Assembly: GCA_902528735.1 (NCBI GenBank)
Contig: CABZTP010000004.1
Location: 5,204-69,203, forward strand
Reading direction: 5' to 3'
From: an uncultured Pelagibacteraceae bacterium
Lineage (GTDB): Bacteria > Pseudomonadota > Alphaproteobacteria > Pelagibacterales > Pelagibacteraceae
Length of the DNA: 64,000 nt
Positions 28,082-37,527 of the stretch are shown here, one piece after another. Position 1 is the stretch's first letter; each line of letters begins with the position of its first letter. The notes below the pieces were generated by a model that worked only from the letters and a program-made list of their open reading frames with translations, ran no database searches and was not told the DNA's origin. The position numbers and the translations under genes are program-made.

Positions 28082-29128
28082 ATGGCTACAGAACAAAAAA
28101 TCACTTGCACAAATATATGGAAATTATTTGGACCAGACGAAAAAAGAATTATTAAAAACCTTGATAAAAGTTTAACTATAAAGGAAGTCCAGGAAAAGAC
28201 AGGCCATGTTGTTGCAGTTAAAGATGTCAGTTTCTCAATCCAAAAAGGTGAAACTTTTGTTGTAATGGGATTGTCTGGTAGTGGAAAATCTACATTAGTA
28301 AGATGTATTTCAAGACTGATTGAGCCAACAGCTGGAACAGTCAAAATGGATGAAGTTGAAGTAACCAAAATGAGTGCAAGAGATTTATTGGAACTCAGAA
28401 GAAATAAAATGAGCATGGTATTTCAACATTTTGGTTTATTCCCTCATAGAACAGTTTTAGAAAATATTGGATATGGTTTAGAGGTAAGAGGAACAAAAAA
28501 AGATGTTAGAGTAGAAAAATCAATGGAAGTTCTTAAGATGGTTGGATTAGATGGTTGGCACAATAATTATCCAAGAGAACTCTCTGGCGGTATGCAGCAA
28601 AGAGTTGGTTTAGCAAGAGCGCTAGCTGTAGATCCTGAAATATTGATTTTTGATGAACCTTTTTCCGCTCTTGATCCTTTAATCAGAAGAGAAATGCAAG
28701 ATGAACTTTTGAAGATCCAAGAAAAACTTCAAAAAACCATGGTATTTATCACTCACGATTTTTTAGAAGCTATTAAAATGGGAGACCATATTGCAATAAT
28801 GAAAGATGGAGAAGTGTCCCAAGTCGGCACTCCAGAGGAAATTGTCTCTAATCCAAAAGATCAATATGTGAAAGATTTTTGTGAAGATGTTCCAAAATAC
28901 AAAGTGTTAAGCGCAGGAAAAGTTATGAGAACAGAATGTTGTAATGAAACAAAAAATTTATTTAATAATGGAAAAGATAATATTTTAGATAATTCTAAAA
29001 TTGAAAATTTAATAGATAAACTAATTGATAATGATAAAATTTATCCAGTTGTTTGTAATGAAACTGGAGAATTATTAGGAGAAATAGATAGAGTAATAGT
29101 GATGAAATCTATGAGATCTAATCAATAA
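28082..29128 (+). CDS. proV: ProV/OpuAA-type ABC ATPase
   Basis: GLSGSGKS, LSGGMQQRVGLARA, DEPFSALDPLIRREMQ. Confidence 0.95.
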   Translation: MATEQKITCTNIWKLFGPDEKRIIKNLDKSLTIKEVQEKTGHVVAVKDVSFSIQKGETFVVMGLSGSGKSTLVRCISRLIEPTAGTVKMDEVEVTKMSARDLLELRRNKMSMVFQHFGLFPHRTVLENIGYGLEVRGTKKDVRVEKSMEVLKMVGLDGWHNNYPRELSGGMQQRVGLARALAVDPEILIFDEPFSALDPLIRREMQDELLKIQEKLQKTMVFITHDFLEAIKMGDHIAIMKDGEVSQVGTPEEIVSNPKDQYVKDFCEDVPKYKVLSAGKVMRTECCNETKNLFNNGKDNILDNSKIENLIDKLIDNDKIYPVVCNETGELLGEIDRVIVMKSMRSNQ

Positions 29129-30054
29129 ACTTGTTTATTACCTTCAGCTTTTTTTTGTTTAACATTATCTCTCCAAATAATAATCATACCTGCAAAAATA
29201 ATTACTATTACACCTGGAAACAGCTGACTCCATGGTGCTTCAGCAAAAAAAATCCATCCAAGAATAAAGGATGATGGTATACCAAGATATTCAAACGATG
29301 CTATCTTGCTTGCTGAAATTAACCTATAAGAATAAATAAATAATATTGCCGCTGTACCACCTAAAATACCAGTGGTTGTCATTAAAATAAAATCTTTTAA
29401 ACTTTTTATTTCTAAATGACCTGTTGTTATTAAAAATAGTATTATCCCACCGCTTACATTAAATATTAATGTATATAATTGAATTTTAGCAGTTGAATGA
29501 TTTCCTTGAATAAACTTTAAAATGATTACAGTAAAAGCCCAAGCTATAGCTGTAAGAATAGGAAATATTGAGTAAAAACTAAATATTTCGCTTGTTGGTC
29601 TCATAATCATTAATACTCCAACAAAACCAATAATAACTGCCGACCATCTGTAAATACCAATTCTCTCGCTCAACATTATTATAGATAAAATTACTATAAA
29701 AAATGGTGATGAAAAAGTTAATGTCATTGCGGTTGCAAACTGAAGATTAACAACAGAAATGAATATAAATACATTCATTGCAAGGAAACAAATTCCTCTT
29801 AAACAACTTAATATAAGAAATTTATTCCCTAGATTTTTAAAAATTGTTGAAAATTCATTTGTGAATAAAATTAATAGAAACAAAGGTATGATCGCAGCAA
29901 TATTTCTAAATAAAGTTAATTGAATTATTGAATATTCGTTACCCAGAAATTTAATAATTACCATATAAAGGTCTATACATAAAATTGCTAAAAGCATAGT
30001 TGCTATAGCTAGATATGTTTTTTTTATATCTGATTTTTCAGATGAAATTTTCAT
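29122..30054 (-). CDS. DMT/EamA-family transporter
   Basis: About 10 TM, LSERIGIYRW, FEYLG. Confidence 0.9.
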   Translation of the reverse strand: MKISSEKSDIKKTYLAIATMLLAILCIDLYMVIIKFLGNEYSIIQLTLFRNIAAIIPLFLLILFTNEFSTIFKNLGNKFLILSCLRGICFLAMNVFIFISVVNLQFATAMTLTFSSPFFIVILSIIMLSERIGIYRWSAVIIGFVGVLMIMRPTSEIFSFYSIFPILTAIAWAFTVIILKFIQGNHSTAKIQLYTLIFNVSGGIILFLITTGHLEIKSLKDFILMTTTGILGGTAAILFIYSYRLISASKIASFEYLGIPSSFILGWIFFAEAPWSQLFPGVIVIIFAGMIIIWRDNVKQKKAEGNKQVY

Positions 30055-30092
30055 TTAATAATGTTTAAATTAGTATAAGTTTTTAAAATATT

Positions 30093-31283
30093 ATGCAAAA
30101 TTTTAAACTTAATGAAGATTTTTTATTAAATAATCAGGATTGGACTTTTCCTACTTTAACTGCTTATGGACCTGGCAGATTTAAGGAGATTGGAAAATTT
30201 TGTAATAATTTTAAAATTAAAAATGCTTTAATAGTAACTGATAATGGTAGTATTAATCTTCCATTTATTAGCGATTTACAAAACTTACTCAACGATTCAA
30301 AAGTAAAATCAGCTATTTATTCAAACATATCACCAAATCCTAGAGACGATGAAATAGATTCTGGATGTAAAAAATTTCGTGATGGAAATCATGATGCTAT
30401 TATTGCAATAGGTGGTGGAAGCGCAATGGATGGAGGAAAAGCAATTTCTTTAACAGTTGATAGTGGTGTATCTTTATGGGATTTTGAATTTGAAAAAGAA
30501 CCACCAAAATTAGAGATGGAAAATCCTTTTCCTAAAATAATAACGATTCCTACTACAGCAGGGACAGGAGCTGAAACAGAAGTCACTGCTATGGTAACTC
30601 ATCTTGAAAAAGGAATGAAGTTTTGTTTGTGGCATCCTGATGCTAGACCTTGCCTAGCTCTGGTAGACCCAGAATTAACATTAAAATTACCTGCAAATCT
30701 AACTGCATGGACTGGAATAGATGCTATGATACACGCGATAGAAGGCTTCAGCGTTCCTATGTTTCATCCATTATGTGATGGTTCTGCTATAGAAAGTTTA
30801 AATTTAATCTCAAAATCTCTTTACGCGGCTGTTGAAGAACCAGATAATCTTTTAGCAAGAGGAGGAATGATTGTAGGATCTTATCTGGGTGGAATAGCAT
30901 TTCTAAAAGGTTTGGGTTTAGTCCACGCTATATCACACATGGTAGGCGCAGAATATAATACTCATCATGGATTAACAAATGCGATAATATTACCTGCAGT
31001 AATGAAATACAATTTACCTGGATTAGATGAAAAAGTGAAAAGAATGTCAGAGGCTATGCAATTTAAAGATCACTCTATTGAAGCCTTTCAAGATAACTTA
31101 AATATTATTTTAGATAGATTAAAAATACCAAAAGGCTTAAATGAAATTGGTGTTCCAGAAGATTGTGAGGAGAGAATTGCAAAAAAATCTATGCTTGATC
31201 AAGCTTATGGACAAAATCCTAAAAAAGCATCTTTGGATGAGGTAAAAAGTTTAGTTTTACAGAGCATTAGACAAGCAAGATAG
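30093..31283 (+). CDS. Iron-containing (class III) alcohol dehydrogenase
   Basis: GGGSAMD, IPTTAGTGAE, DAMIHAIE, HAISH, HHG. Confidence 0.92.
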   Translation: MQNFKLNEDFLLNNQDWTFPTLTAYGPGRFKEIGKFCNNFKIKNALIVTDNGSINLPFISDLQNLLNDSKVKSAIYSNISPNPRDDEIDSGCKKFRDGNHDAIIAIGGGSAMDGGKAISLTVDSGVSLWDFEFEKEPPKLEMENPFPKIITIPTTAGTGAETEVTAMVTHLEKGMKFCLWHPDARPCLALVDPELTLKLPANLTAWTGIDAMIHAIEGFSVPMFHPLCDGSAIESLNLISKSLYAAVEEPDNLLARGGMIVGSYLGGIAFLKGLGLVHAISHMVGAEYNTHHGLTNAIILPAVMKYNLPGLDEKVKRMSEAMQFKDHSIEAFQDNLNIILDRLKIPKGLNEIGVPEDCEERIAKKSMLDQAYGQNPKKASLDEVKSLVLQSIRQAR

Positions 31284-31293
31284 GTTTGGACCA

Positions 31294-32706
31294 GTGCTTG
31301 AAACATTTTCTGTATCTCAAATTATCTCTAAAATCAAAAATAAAGAAATAAAAATAGTTGAAGTAATAAACTTTTACTTAGACAGGATAAAAAAATATAA
31401 TCCAAAATTAAATGCTATTATTTCAATATTAGATGAACAAAAAATTATTGAAGATGCAAAATTAAAAGACAAAAACTTCAAAAGTGAAAATCAAGATGAT
31501 ATTTATGGCCTTCCAATTGCAGTCAAAGAATTATTTGATATTAAGGACGAGGTAACATGTTATGGATACAAAGAATTATTAAAAAATATTCCAAAACAAG
31601 ACTCTTTATTAGTCAGCAATTTAAGAGAAAAAGCCATTTTAATTGGCAAAACTAATCTGTCTGAATTTGCAGTTGGTTGTCATACTACAAACAGAGTTTA
31701 TGGATCAACCTCAAATGTTTATGATTATAGTAAGTCAGCAGGAGGATCTTCTGGTGGAGCAGCAGTGTCAGTTGCAGCAAATTTAATTCCTTTTGCTGAT
31801 GGAACAGATATGATGGGCTCTTGTAGAAACCCTGCAGCATTTGCAAATATTTATGGATTAAGACCAACACCTGGTGCAATTTCGGAAGATAGATTTGAAA
31901 TTAAAAATTTAAATGATCTTCCTTTAATATCTACAACTGGTTGCCTTGCTAGAACCCCTAATGACATGGAATTGTTATTTAATTATATAAAAGGGAAAAA
32001 TTTAAAGGATAAATTATCTTTCGATCTTGAGGATATAAATAATAAAAAATTTTCAGATTTGAAAATTGGATGGTGCGTTGATCTAAATGACCAATATAAA
32101 TATGAAGATGGAATTATCGATTTATGTGAAAATATTTTAAAAAGATTGCAGTCAAATAATTTAAATGTTGAAGATTTAAAAACTGAAATTAACTCAGAAG
32201 AATTATGGTTATCTTGGACAACATTAAGAGCTAAAACATTATATGAAAATTTTCTGTTATATAATTTGAAAAATTTAGACGATTTGCCTTTACAAGCACA
32301 TTGGGAATATGAAAAAGGGAAAAGCATCGAAACAAATGATATTTTAAAAGCGATAGAAATTAGAAATAAATATATTGATAAAATTCAAAACCTATTCAAT
32401 CATTATGATTTTTTGGCATTACCTTCAGCTCAATTATTTCCATTTGATAAGAACCTAAATAATCCAGAATTTATCAATAATAATAAAATTGACACTTATC
32501 ATAGATATATGGAAGTCTATACATTATCTAGCTTGCTTGGTTTGCCAACTATATCTGTTCCAGTAGGTTTCAATAACAAAGGGCTACCAATGGGAATGCA
32601 GATTATAGCAAATGTTAAAGAAGATAATAAAGTAATTAATTTTGCCAAATCTTATGAAGAAATTTTTAACTTTTCAAAATTTAAACCAGAATTAATGGAA
32701 TTATAA
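31294..32706 (+). CDS. Amidase-signature family amidase
   Basis: PIAVKE, GKTN, AGGSSGG, GTDMMGSCRNPA; GTG start. Confidence 0.92.
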   Translation: MLETFSVSQIISKIKNKEIKIVEVINFYLDRIKKYNPKLNAIISILDEQKIIEDAKLKDKNFKSENQDDIYGLPIAVKELFDIKDEVTCYGYKELLKNIPKQDSLLVSNLREKAILIGKTNLSEFAVGCHTTNRVYGSTSNVYDYSKSAGGSSGGAAVSVAANLIPFADGTDMMGSCRNPAAFANIYGLRPTPGAISEDRFEIKNLNDLPLISTTGCLARTPNDMELLFNYIKGKNLKDKLSFDLEDINNKKFSDLKIGWCVDLNDQYKYEDGIIDLCENILKRLQSNNLNVEDLKTEINSEELWLSWTTLRAKTLYENFLLYNLKNLDDLPLQAHWEYEKGKSIETNDILKAIEIRNKYIDKIQNLFNHYDFLALPSAQLFPFDKNLNNPEFINNNKIDTYHRYMEVYTLSSLLGLPTISVPVGFNNKGLPMGMQIIANVKEDNKVINFAKSYEEIFNFSKFKPELMEL

Positions 32707-33608
32707 TGACCAGACACCCTCATCATTTTAAAATTTCGTTTGCATTAGCTATCGCTGCAGGTTCATGGGGAATTTATTGGTTACCGCAAAGAATACTAGA
32801 AGATGGAGGTTTGACTGGTGGCTGGGGAACAATATCCCAAATGGCAGTTGGAATATTAATATTATCACCAGTCGCAATTTGGAGAGTTATAAAAGGAAAG
32901 TCTATTGGATTAGAATTTCCTCTCACTGGTTTTTTTGTTGGAAGTGGATTTGTTTGTTATGCTCTTAGTTTTCTTCTTACTGATGTTGTTAAAGCATTAA
33001 TCATGTTTTACATGATACCTGTTTGGACAACAATATTTGAAATTATATTTTTAAAAAAGAAATTTGGTTGGAAGAGGTTAATCACACTAGGTTTAGCTTT
33101 AGGAGGTTTGTGGATTGTATTTAGTCAAGAGAATATAATTCCGTTACCTCAAAATGCAGGAGATTGGTTGGCTCTTGCTGGAGGTGCACTATTTGGTGCT
33201 GGTTTAATTAGAATGGAAATAATTAAAACCGATGGTGTCTTTCCAATTATATTCACATTCTTTTTTTATGGCGGTTTAGCTAGTATACCTATTGGGTTAT
33301 TCTTAGTAGATTATTTAGGACCAGTTCCATCAGTGGAAGTTATCATGTCAATGTCCACTTTTTTATTACTTATTTCGATATTTTATTTCATACCTACAGG
33401 GGTAATAATATTTTGGGCTCCAAGTAAATTAGGAGCCGGCTTATCATCTATTTTATTTTTAGCTGAAATAATTGTTGGCGTTGTTAGTGCTAGTATTTTA
33501 ACAAATGAACCTTTTGGCTGGAGAGAAACACTAGGAAGTGTTCTAATAATTCTTGGTGGTGTAATTGAAGTTGCATATGTTCCAAAGTCAGAAAAGAAAT
33601 TAGCATAA
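32706..33608 (+). CDS. DMT/EamA-family transporter
   Basis: About 10 TM, WGIYW, FYMIPVWTT; TAATG coupling on both sides. Confidence 0.88.
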   Translation: MTRHPHHFKISFALAIAAGSWGIYWLPQRILEDGGLTGGWGTISQMAVGILILSPVAIWRVIKGKSIGLEFPLTGFFVGSGFVCYALSFLLTDVVKALIMFYMIPVWTTIFEIIFLKKKFGWKRLITLGLALGGLWIVFSQENIIPLPQNAGDWLALAGGALFGAGLIRMEIIKTDGVFPIIFTFFFYGGLASIPIGLFLVDYLGPVPSVEVIMSMSTFLLLISIFYFIPTGVIIFWAPSKLGAGLSSILFLAEIIVGVVSASILTNEPFGWRETLGSVLIILGGVIEVAYVPKSEKKLA

Positions 33609-34591
33609 TGGATATTAATGAATTATTGAAATCAAAAAAAAAAGTCTTCTTAGATGGCGGAACAGGCTCAGAAATTCAGAGACTTGGTGGAACAATGGGG
33701 CCAGCATTTTCTGGCTTAGCAAATGTTTTCTCACCAGAAATAGTAATCAAAGTACACGAAAGTCATATAAATGCAGGATGCGATATGATAACAACCAACT
33801 CTTTTGGAACTGCAAGACATTGTCTCGAGCCATCAAACTTAGGAGATCAGACAATAAAAATTAACATTGATACAGTTAAGTTAGCAAGACAAGCAGTCAA
33901 AAATTCTGGAAAAAAAATTAAAATTGCTGGAAGTATGTCAACATATTTAGCTTTGGCTAAAAATGAATTTAGACCTGACACAAAATTTGTACCATCATTT
34001 GCAAAAGAAGAAAAAAATTATAAAGAACAAGCGAAAGTATTAAAAGAAGAGGGAGTCGAAGTGCTTATTCTTGAAATGCTTTTAGATATTGATCACGCTA
34101 AAATTTTGCTAAATGCAGCTTTGGAAACAGAATTGCCTGTCTGGGTTGGATTAAGTTGCTGCATAAGTAAATTTGATGAAGCCGTGGTAGGTAGAAATTT
34201 TAGAGCAGAAAAAGAGAGATCTATTATATATGACCCTTTAAAATATCCTGATGAGCCAAAATTCCTTCCTGAAGATAAAATTATAAATTTTGCTGAAATA
34301 ATTAATTCACTCAAATCTATTGGTGGAGATGTTTATGGCATAATGCATAGTTGGTTTATTGATACAAAAGAGGGAATGAAAGTTTTAAAATCAAATTGGA
34401 ATGGGCCAATTATGTTCTATCCAGAAATTCATAAATTTGACACTAGTACTATGCAAGCATTAATAACTGAAAATGAAATTGAATTTGTTGATAAGTGTTC
34501 TGAGCTAATAGATGATCAGGTAAAAATTATCGGGGGTTGTTGTGGAGTTACAGATAAACATTTAAAATCCTTGATAACAAAATTTTCTTAA
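33608..34591 (+). CDS. Homocysteine S-methyltransferase family protein
   Basis: LDGGTGSE, ITTNSF, ILEM, IIGGCCG; the first Zn-ligand position reads GIMHS. Confidence 0.88.
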   Translation: MDINELLKSKKKVFLDGGTGSEIQRLGGTMGPAFSGLANVFSPEIVIKVHESHINAGCDMITTNSFGTARHCLEPSNLGDQTIKINIDTVKLARQAVKNSGKKIKIAGSMSTYLALAKNEFRPDTKFVPSFAKEEKNYKEQAKVLKEEGVEVLILEMLLDIDHAKILLNAALETELPVWVGLSCCISKFDEAVVGRNFRAEKERSIIYDPLKYPDEPKFLPEDKIINFAEIINSLKSIGGDVYGIMHSWFIDTKEGMKVLKSNWNGPIMFYPEIHKFDTSTMQALITENEIEFVDKCSELIDDQVKIIGGCCGVTDKHLKSLITKFS

Positions 34592-34592
34592 T

Positions 34593-35750
34593 TTAGTAAT
34601 CTTTACTAATTATTTGGTCTATCATATTTACCATATCTTTCTTATATTTTTCATTTGTTGCGGATTTAGTCTCTAAGACAGAAAAAAATGCAGCAACAAC
34701 TTTTGTTTTCAAATTTATTCCTAAAAATTGGCCTCCATACCCAGAGTGACCAATCCAGTTACCGCATTTCATTAATGAATTAACATAACAGACAAATTTA
34801 TCCTTAGATAATTGAATGTATTTGGGCCCCTCACTATTAATAGTTTTACTCAAAAAAGTTTTAGAACCAACATTTTTTCCATTTATTCCTTTTCCAAACC
34901 TAGAAAAAAGTAAACCCATTCTTAAAAAATCTCTTGTAATTAAACTTCCACCTCCAGACATCCACGGTGTTCCAAATCTATCTGTTCCTATATACAATCC
35001 TTCTTCAAATCCTGTTGCTTCAACTATTTCCAACAGCCATTGTCTTAAACTTTTTTTACTTACTTTCTCTACAATTAATCCAATAACATCGGTATTAGCT
35101 GATTTATAATGCGCCAGATCGGTATAATTTTTTAAATCTCTGCTTTTTAAGGATTTTATTGAATTTAAATATTGTTCCTGGCTTTGAATATTTTTGCCTT
35201 TAATCGGTAGTCTCCATCCTCCCACAGGCTCATGTAGAAACGAAGACGAATAAGCTTTTGTATAATCTTCGCTATATAGATTTACAATGTTCATGTCTAA
35301 TACGTCTTTTACTTTTGCATTTGCATAACCACTGCCAATTTTTGGTAAGTAAAATGAAATTTTCTTATTTAAATTAATTAGTTTTCTGTCTATTAGTTCC
35401 CCCACAAATAAATGTATAAACATTTTTGTAATTGACATAATTGTTTGAGGCTGATTTGTAGAAAAGTCTTTTGCATACTGCTCGAATAAAATATTCTGAT
35501 CCTTACCAACTATTAGAGAGCAAAAAGCTTTATTTTTAGTTACCTTTTTTACAGAAGATAATTTACCAATTCTCTTATTAATTTTTTTTTTTAATTTTAG
35601 AACAAAATCTGATCTAAGGTATATTCCATATCTATTAATTTTATACAAATTTCTAAAACCCAACCTTCTTTTATTTGGGAGGTTCCATTGAGCTTTATTA
35701 TCTTTTCTTGTAACTAATTCTGGATTTTTTTCTGAAATAATTTTTTTCAA
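34593..35750 (-). CDS. Beta-lactamase-fold serine hydrolase (NylB/family VIII esterase-like)
   Basis: SxxK (MSITK), YKSANT, HSGYGGQ; TTG start. Confidence 0.82.
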   Translation of the reverse strand: MKKIISEKNPELVTRKDNKAQWNLPNKRRLGFRNLYKINRYGIYLRSDFVLKLKKKINKRIGKLSSVKKVTKNKAFCSLIVGKDQNILFEQYAKDFSTNQPQTIMSITKMFIHLFVGELIDRKLINLNKKISFYLPKIGSGYANAKVKDVLDMNIVNLYSEDYTKAYSSSFLHEPVGGWRLPIKGKNIQSQEQYLNSIKSLKSRDLKNYTDLAHYKSANTDVIGLIVEKVSKKSLRQWLLEIVEATGFEEGLYIGTDRFGTPWMSGGGSLITRDFLRMGLLFSRFGKGINGKNVGSKTFLSKTINSEGPKYIQLSKDKFVCYVNSLMKCGNWIGHSGYGGQFLGINLKTKVVAAFFSVLETKSATNEKYKKDMVNMIDQIISKDY

Positions 35751-35761
35751 ATTAATATTTT

Positions 35762-36217
35762 TTATCCAAACTTAAGAGATTTATTTTTCTCGTACTTTTG
35801 ATGATAGCCTTCTGCTTTACAATAGTTTTTTTCTTTGGTAATCCTTGTAGTAACTTTTCCATCTAATTTCTCATTCATTTCTTTTAAAATTTTCTCTGCC
35901 GTATTTTTTTCATTTTTGTTATTATAAAATATTTCAGAACGATATTGAATTCCTACATAAGTTCCTTGTCTATTTTTTTGAGTTGAGTCATGGAGTTTAA
36001 AAAATAATCTGACCATATCTTCATAGCTTAAAATATTTTCATCATATTGAACTTTAACTACTTCTATGTGACCTGTATCTCCGCCACAAACTGCTTTGTA
36101 AGTAACATTAGGATCATCGCCTCCACAGTAACCACATTCTGTAGATACTATTCCTTTTATACCATCGTATTTAGTTTCGTCCCAAAAACAACCAATACCA
36201 CCAATAAACGTTTTCAT
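35762..36217 (-). CDS. msrA: Methionine sulfoxide reductase A, short atypical form
   Basis: GCFW, GYCGG, TGHIEVV, QYRS, AEGYHQKY. Confidence 0.88.
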   Translation of the reverse strand: MKTFIGGIGCFWDETKYDGIKGIVSTECGYCGGDDPNVTYKAVCGGDTGHIEVVKVQYDENILSYEDMVRLFFKLHDSTQKNRQGTYVGIQYRSEIFYNNKNEKNTAEKILKEMNEKLDGKVTTRITKEKNYCKAEGYHQKYEKNKSLKFG

Positions 36218-36234
36218 AATTTTACAATATATTA

Positions 36235-37146
36235 TTACTTCAAAATTGAAACAGCTTTTATCTCTTCAACTCCTATACCACAACAACCGCCAACAATTTT
36301 TACACCTTTGCTAACCCATTTTTTTGCAACTTCCAAATAATCATTAGGTGAAAAATTATCTACAAACTTCCAATTTGGTTTCTCGTAAAAGCCTTTATTA
36401 GGGTAAGCACCAATAACTCCATTATAATGTTTTAATGCTGTCTCTAAAGCTGCACTTGTTGTTTTTATATCTGAGTGAGCAATTAAAATTGGCCCTTTAT
36501 GTAATTTACTAAAACTTTTTAACGATTCTTCTAAATCCTCGTAAATTTCAGTTTTATTATTTACATCATCATAGCCAAGCGTAATATTTTTTGTATTCTG
36601 ATCTACCACACAGGAAATAGAAAGCCAAACAGGCAACTTTATATTTAAAGAACACTCAAGCATTGTCTCCACAATTTCAGCTTGAGATGTCATTGCTTCT
36701 AAAATTATTAAATCAACACCCTCATTTGATAAAATTTTAATCTGTTCATTAAAACTTGGCTTCATATTCTTTGTTCCAAGTTTAAGAAAACTTCCATAAC
36801 TCGAAACACTTCCTGCTAAACAAACGCTTTTTTTTGAATTATCAATTGCTTGTTTTGCAATTTGAACTGCTTGCTTATTAAATAATTCAATTGAGTCTTC
36901 ATATCCATGTTTTCTAAGAGAAATTGGAGTAGTTGCATAAGTATTTGTTGTAATAATATCAGCACCCGCATCAATATAATTTTCATGAACTTCTTTTAGA
37001 AATCCTGGGCTATCTACCGAGCATTTTCCACACCAAAGGTTTTTATCCATTTTAGCGCCCTTTTTTTCAAGCTCGGCACCTATACCTCCATCAAGTAAAA
37101 TAATTTTTCCTTGATCAATTTTCTCTTGAATGAAAGTGTAAGACAT
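36235..37146 (-). CDS. Homocysteine S-methyltransferase family protein
   Basis: LLDGGIGAEL, ITTNTY, GAYPN, IVGGCCG. Start refined to ATG 37146. Confidence 0.88.
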   Translation of the reverse strand: MSYTFIQEKIDQGKIILLDGGIGAELEKKGAKMDKNLWCGKCSVDSPGFLKEVHENYIDAGADIITTNTYATTPISLRKHGYEDSIELFNKQAVQIAKQAIDNSKKSVCLAGSVSSYGSFLKLGTKNMKPSFNEQIKILSNEGVDLIILEAMTSQAEIVETMLECSLNIKLPVWLSISCVVDQNTKNITLGYDDVNNKTEIYEDLEESLKSFSKLHKGPILIAHSDIKTTSAALETALKHYNGVIGAYPNKGFYEKPNWKFVDNFSPNDYLEVAKKWVSKGVKIVGGCCGIGVEEIKAVSILK

Positions 37147-37526
37147 TAATTGTTTGTGAAAGCACAAATTTTATTATTATCAAGATCTCGAATATAAGAA
37201 TAGTAAACCCCAGAACCTTCTGGTCTTTCACCTCCAGCTCCTTCACTTTTTCCTCCTGCCATAAGCCCAATCTCATGAAACTTATCAACTATATCTCTAG
37301 ATGATGTAATAAATGAAACTTGCGTTCCATTTCCATTAGTTGCCTCTTTCATATTGACAGGTTTAGTCACATAAAACTCTATATTTCCATCACCATTTTT
37401 TTCTGTGTAACCAGCACAAACTTCATCTTTATAATTTCTCTCTAGATTTAAAACTTTTAAGACTTCATCATAAAAAATTATTGCTTTTTCTAGGTTATTG
37501 GTTCCTACCATTACATAACCAAGCAT
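37146..37526 (-). CDS. VOC/glyoxalase family protein
   Basis: YVMVGTNNLEKA..FYD, GNGTQVSF, YIRDLDNNKIC. Confidence 0.88.
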   Translation of the reverse strand: MLGYVMVGTNNLEKAIIFYDEVLKVLNLERNYKDEVCAGYTEKNGDGNIEFYVTKPVNMKEATNGNGTQVSFITSSRDIVDKFHEIGLMAGGKSEGAGGERPEGSGVYYSYIRDLDNNKICAFTNN

Positions 37527-37527
37527 T

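Noticed and set aside
34593-35750. Antibiotic-resistance beta-lactamase
   Set aside because: No signal peptide; the motif pattern and metabolic context fit NylB/esterase-like hydrolases.
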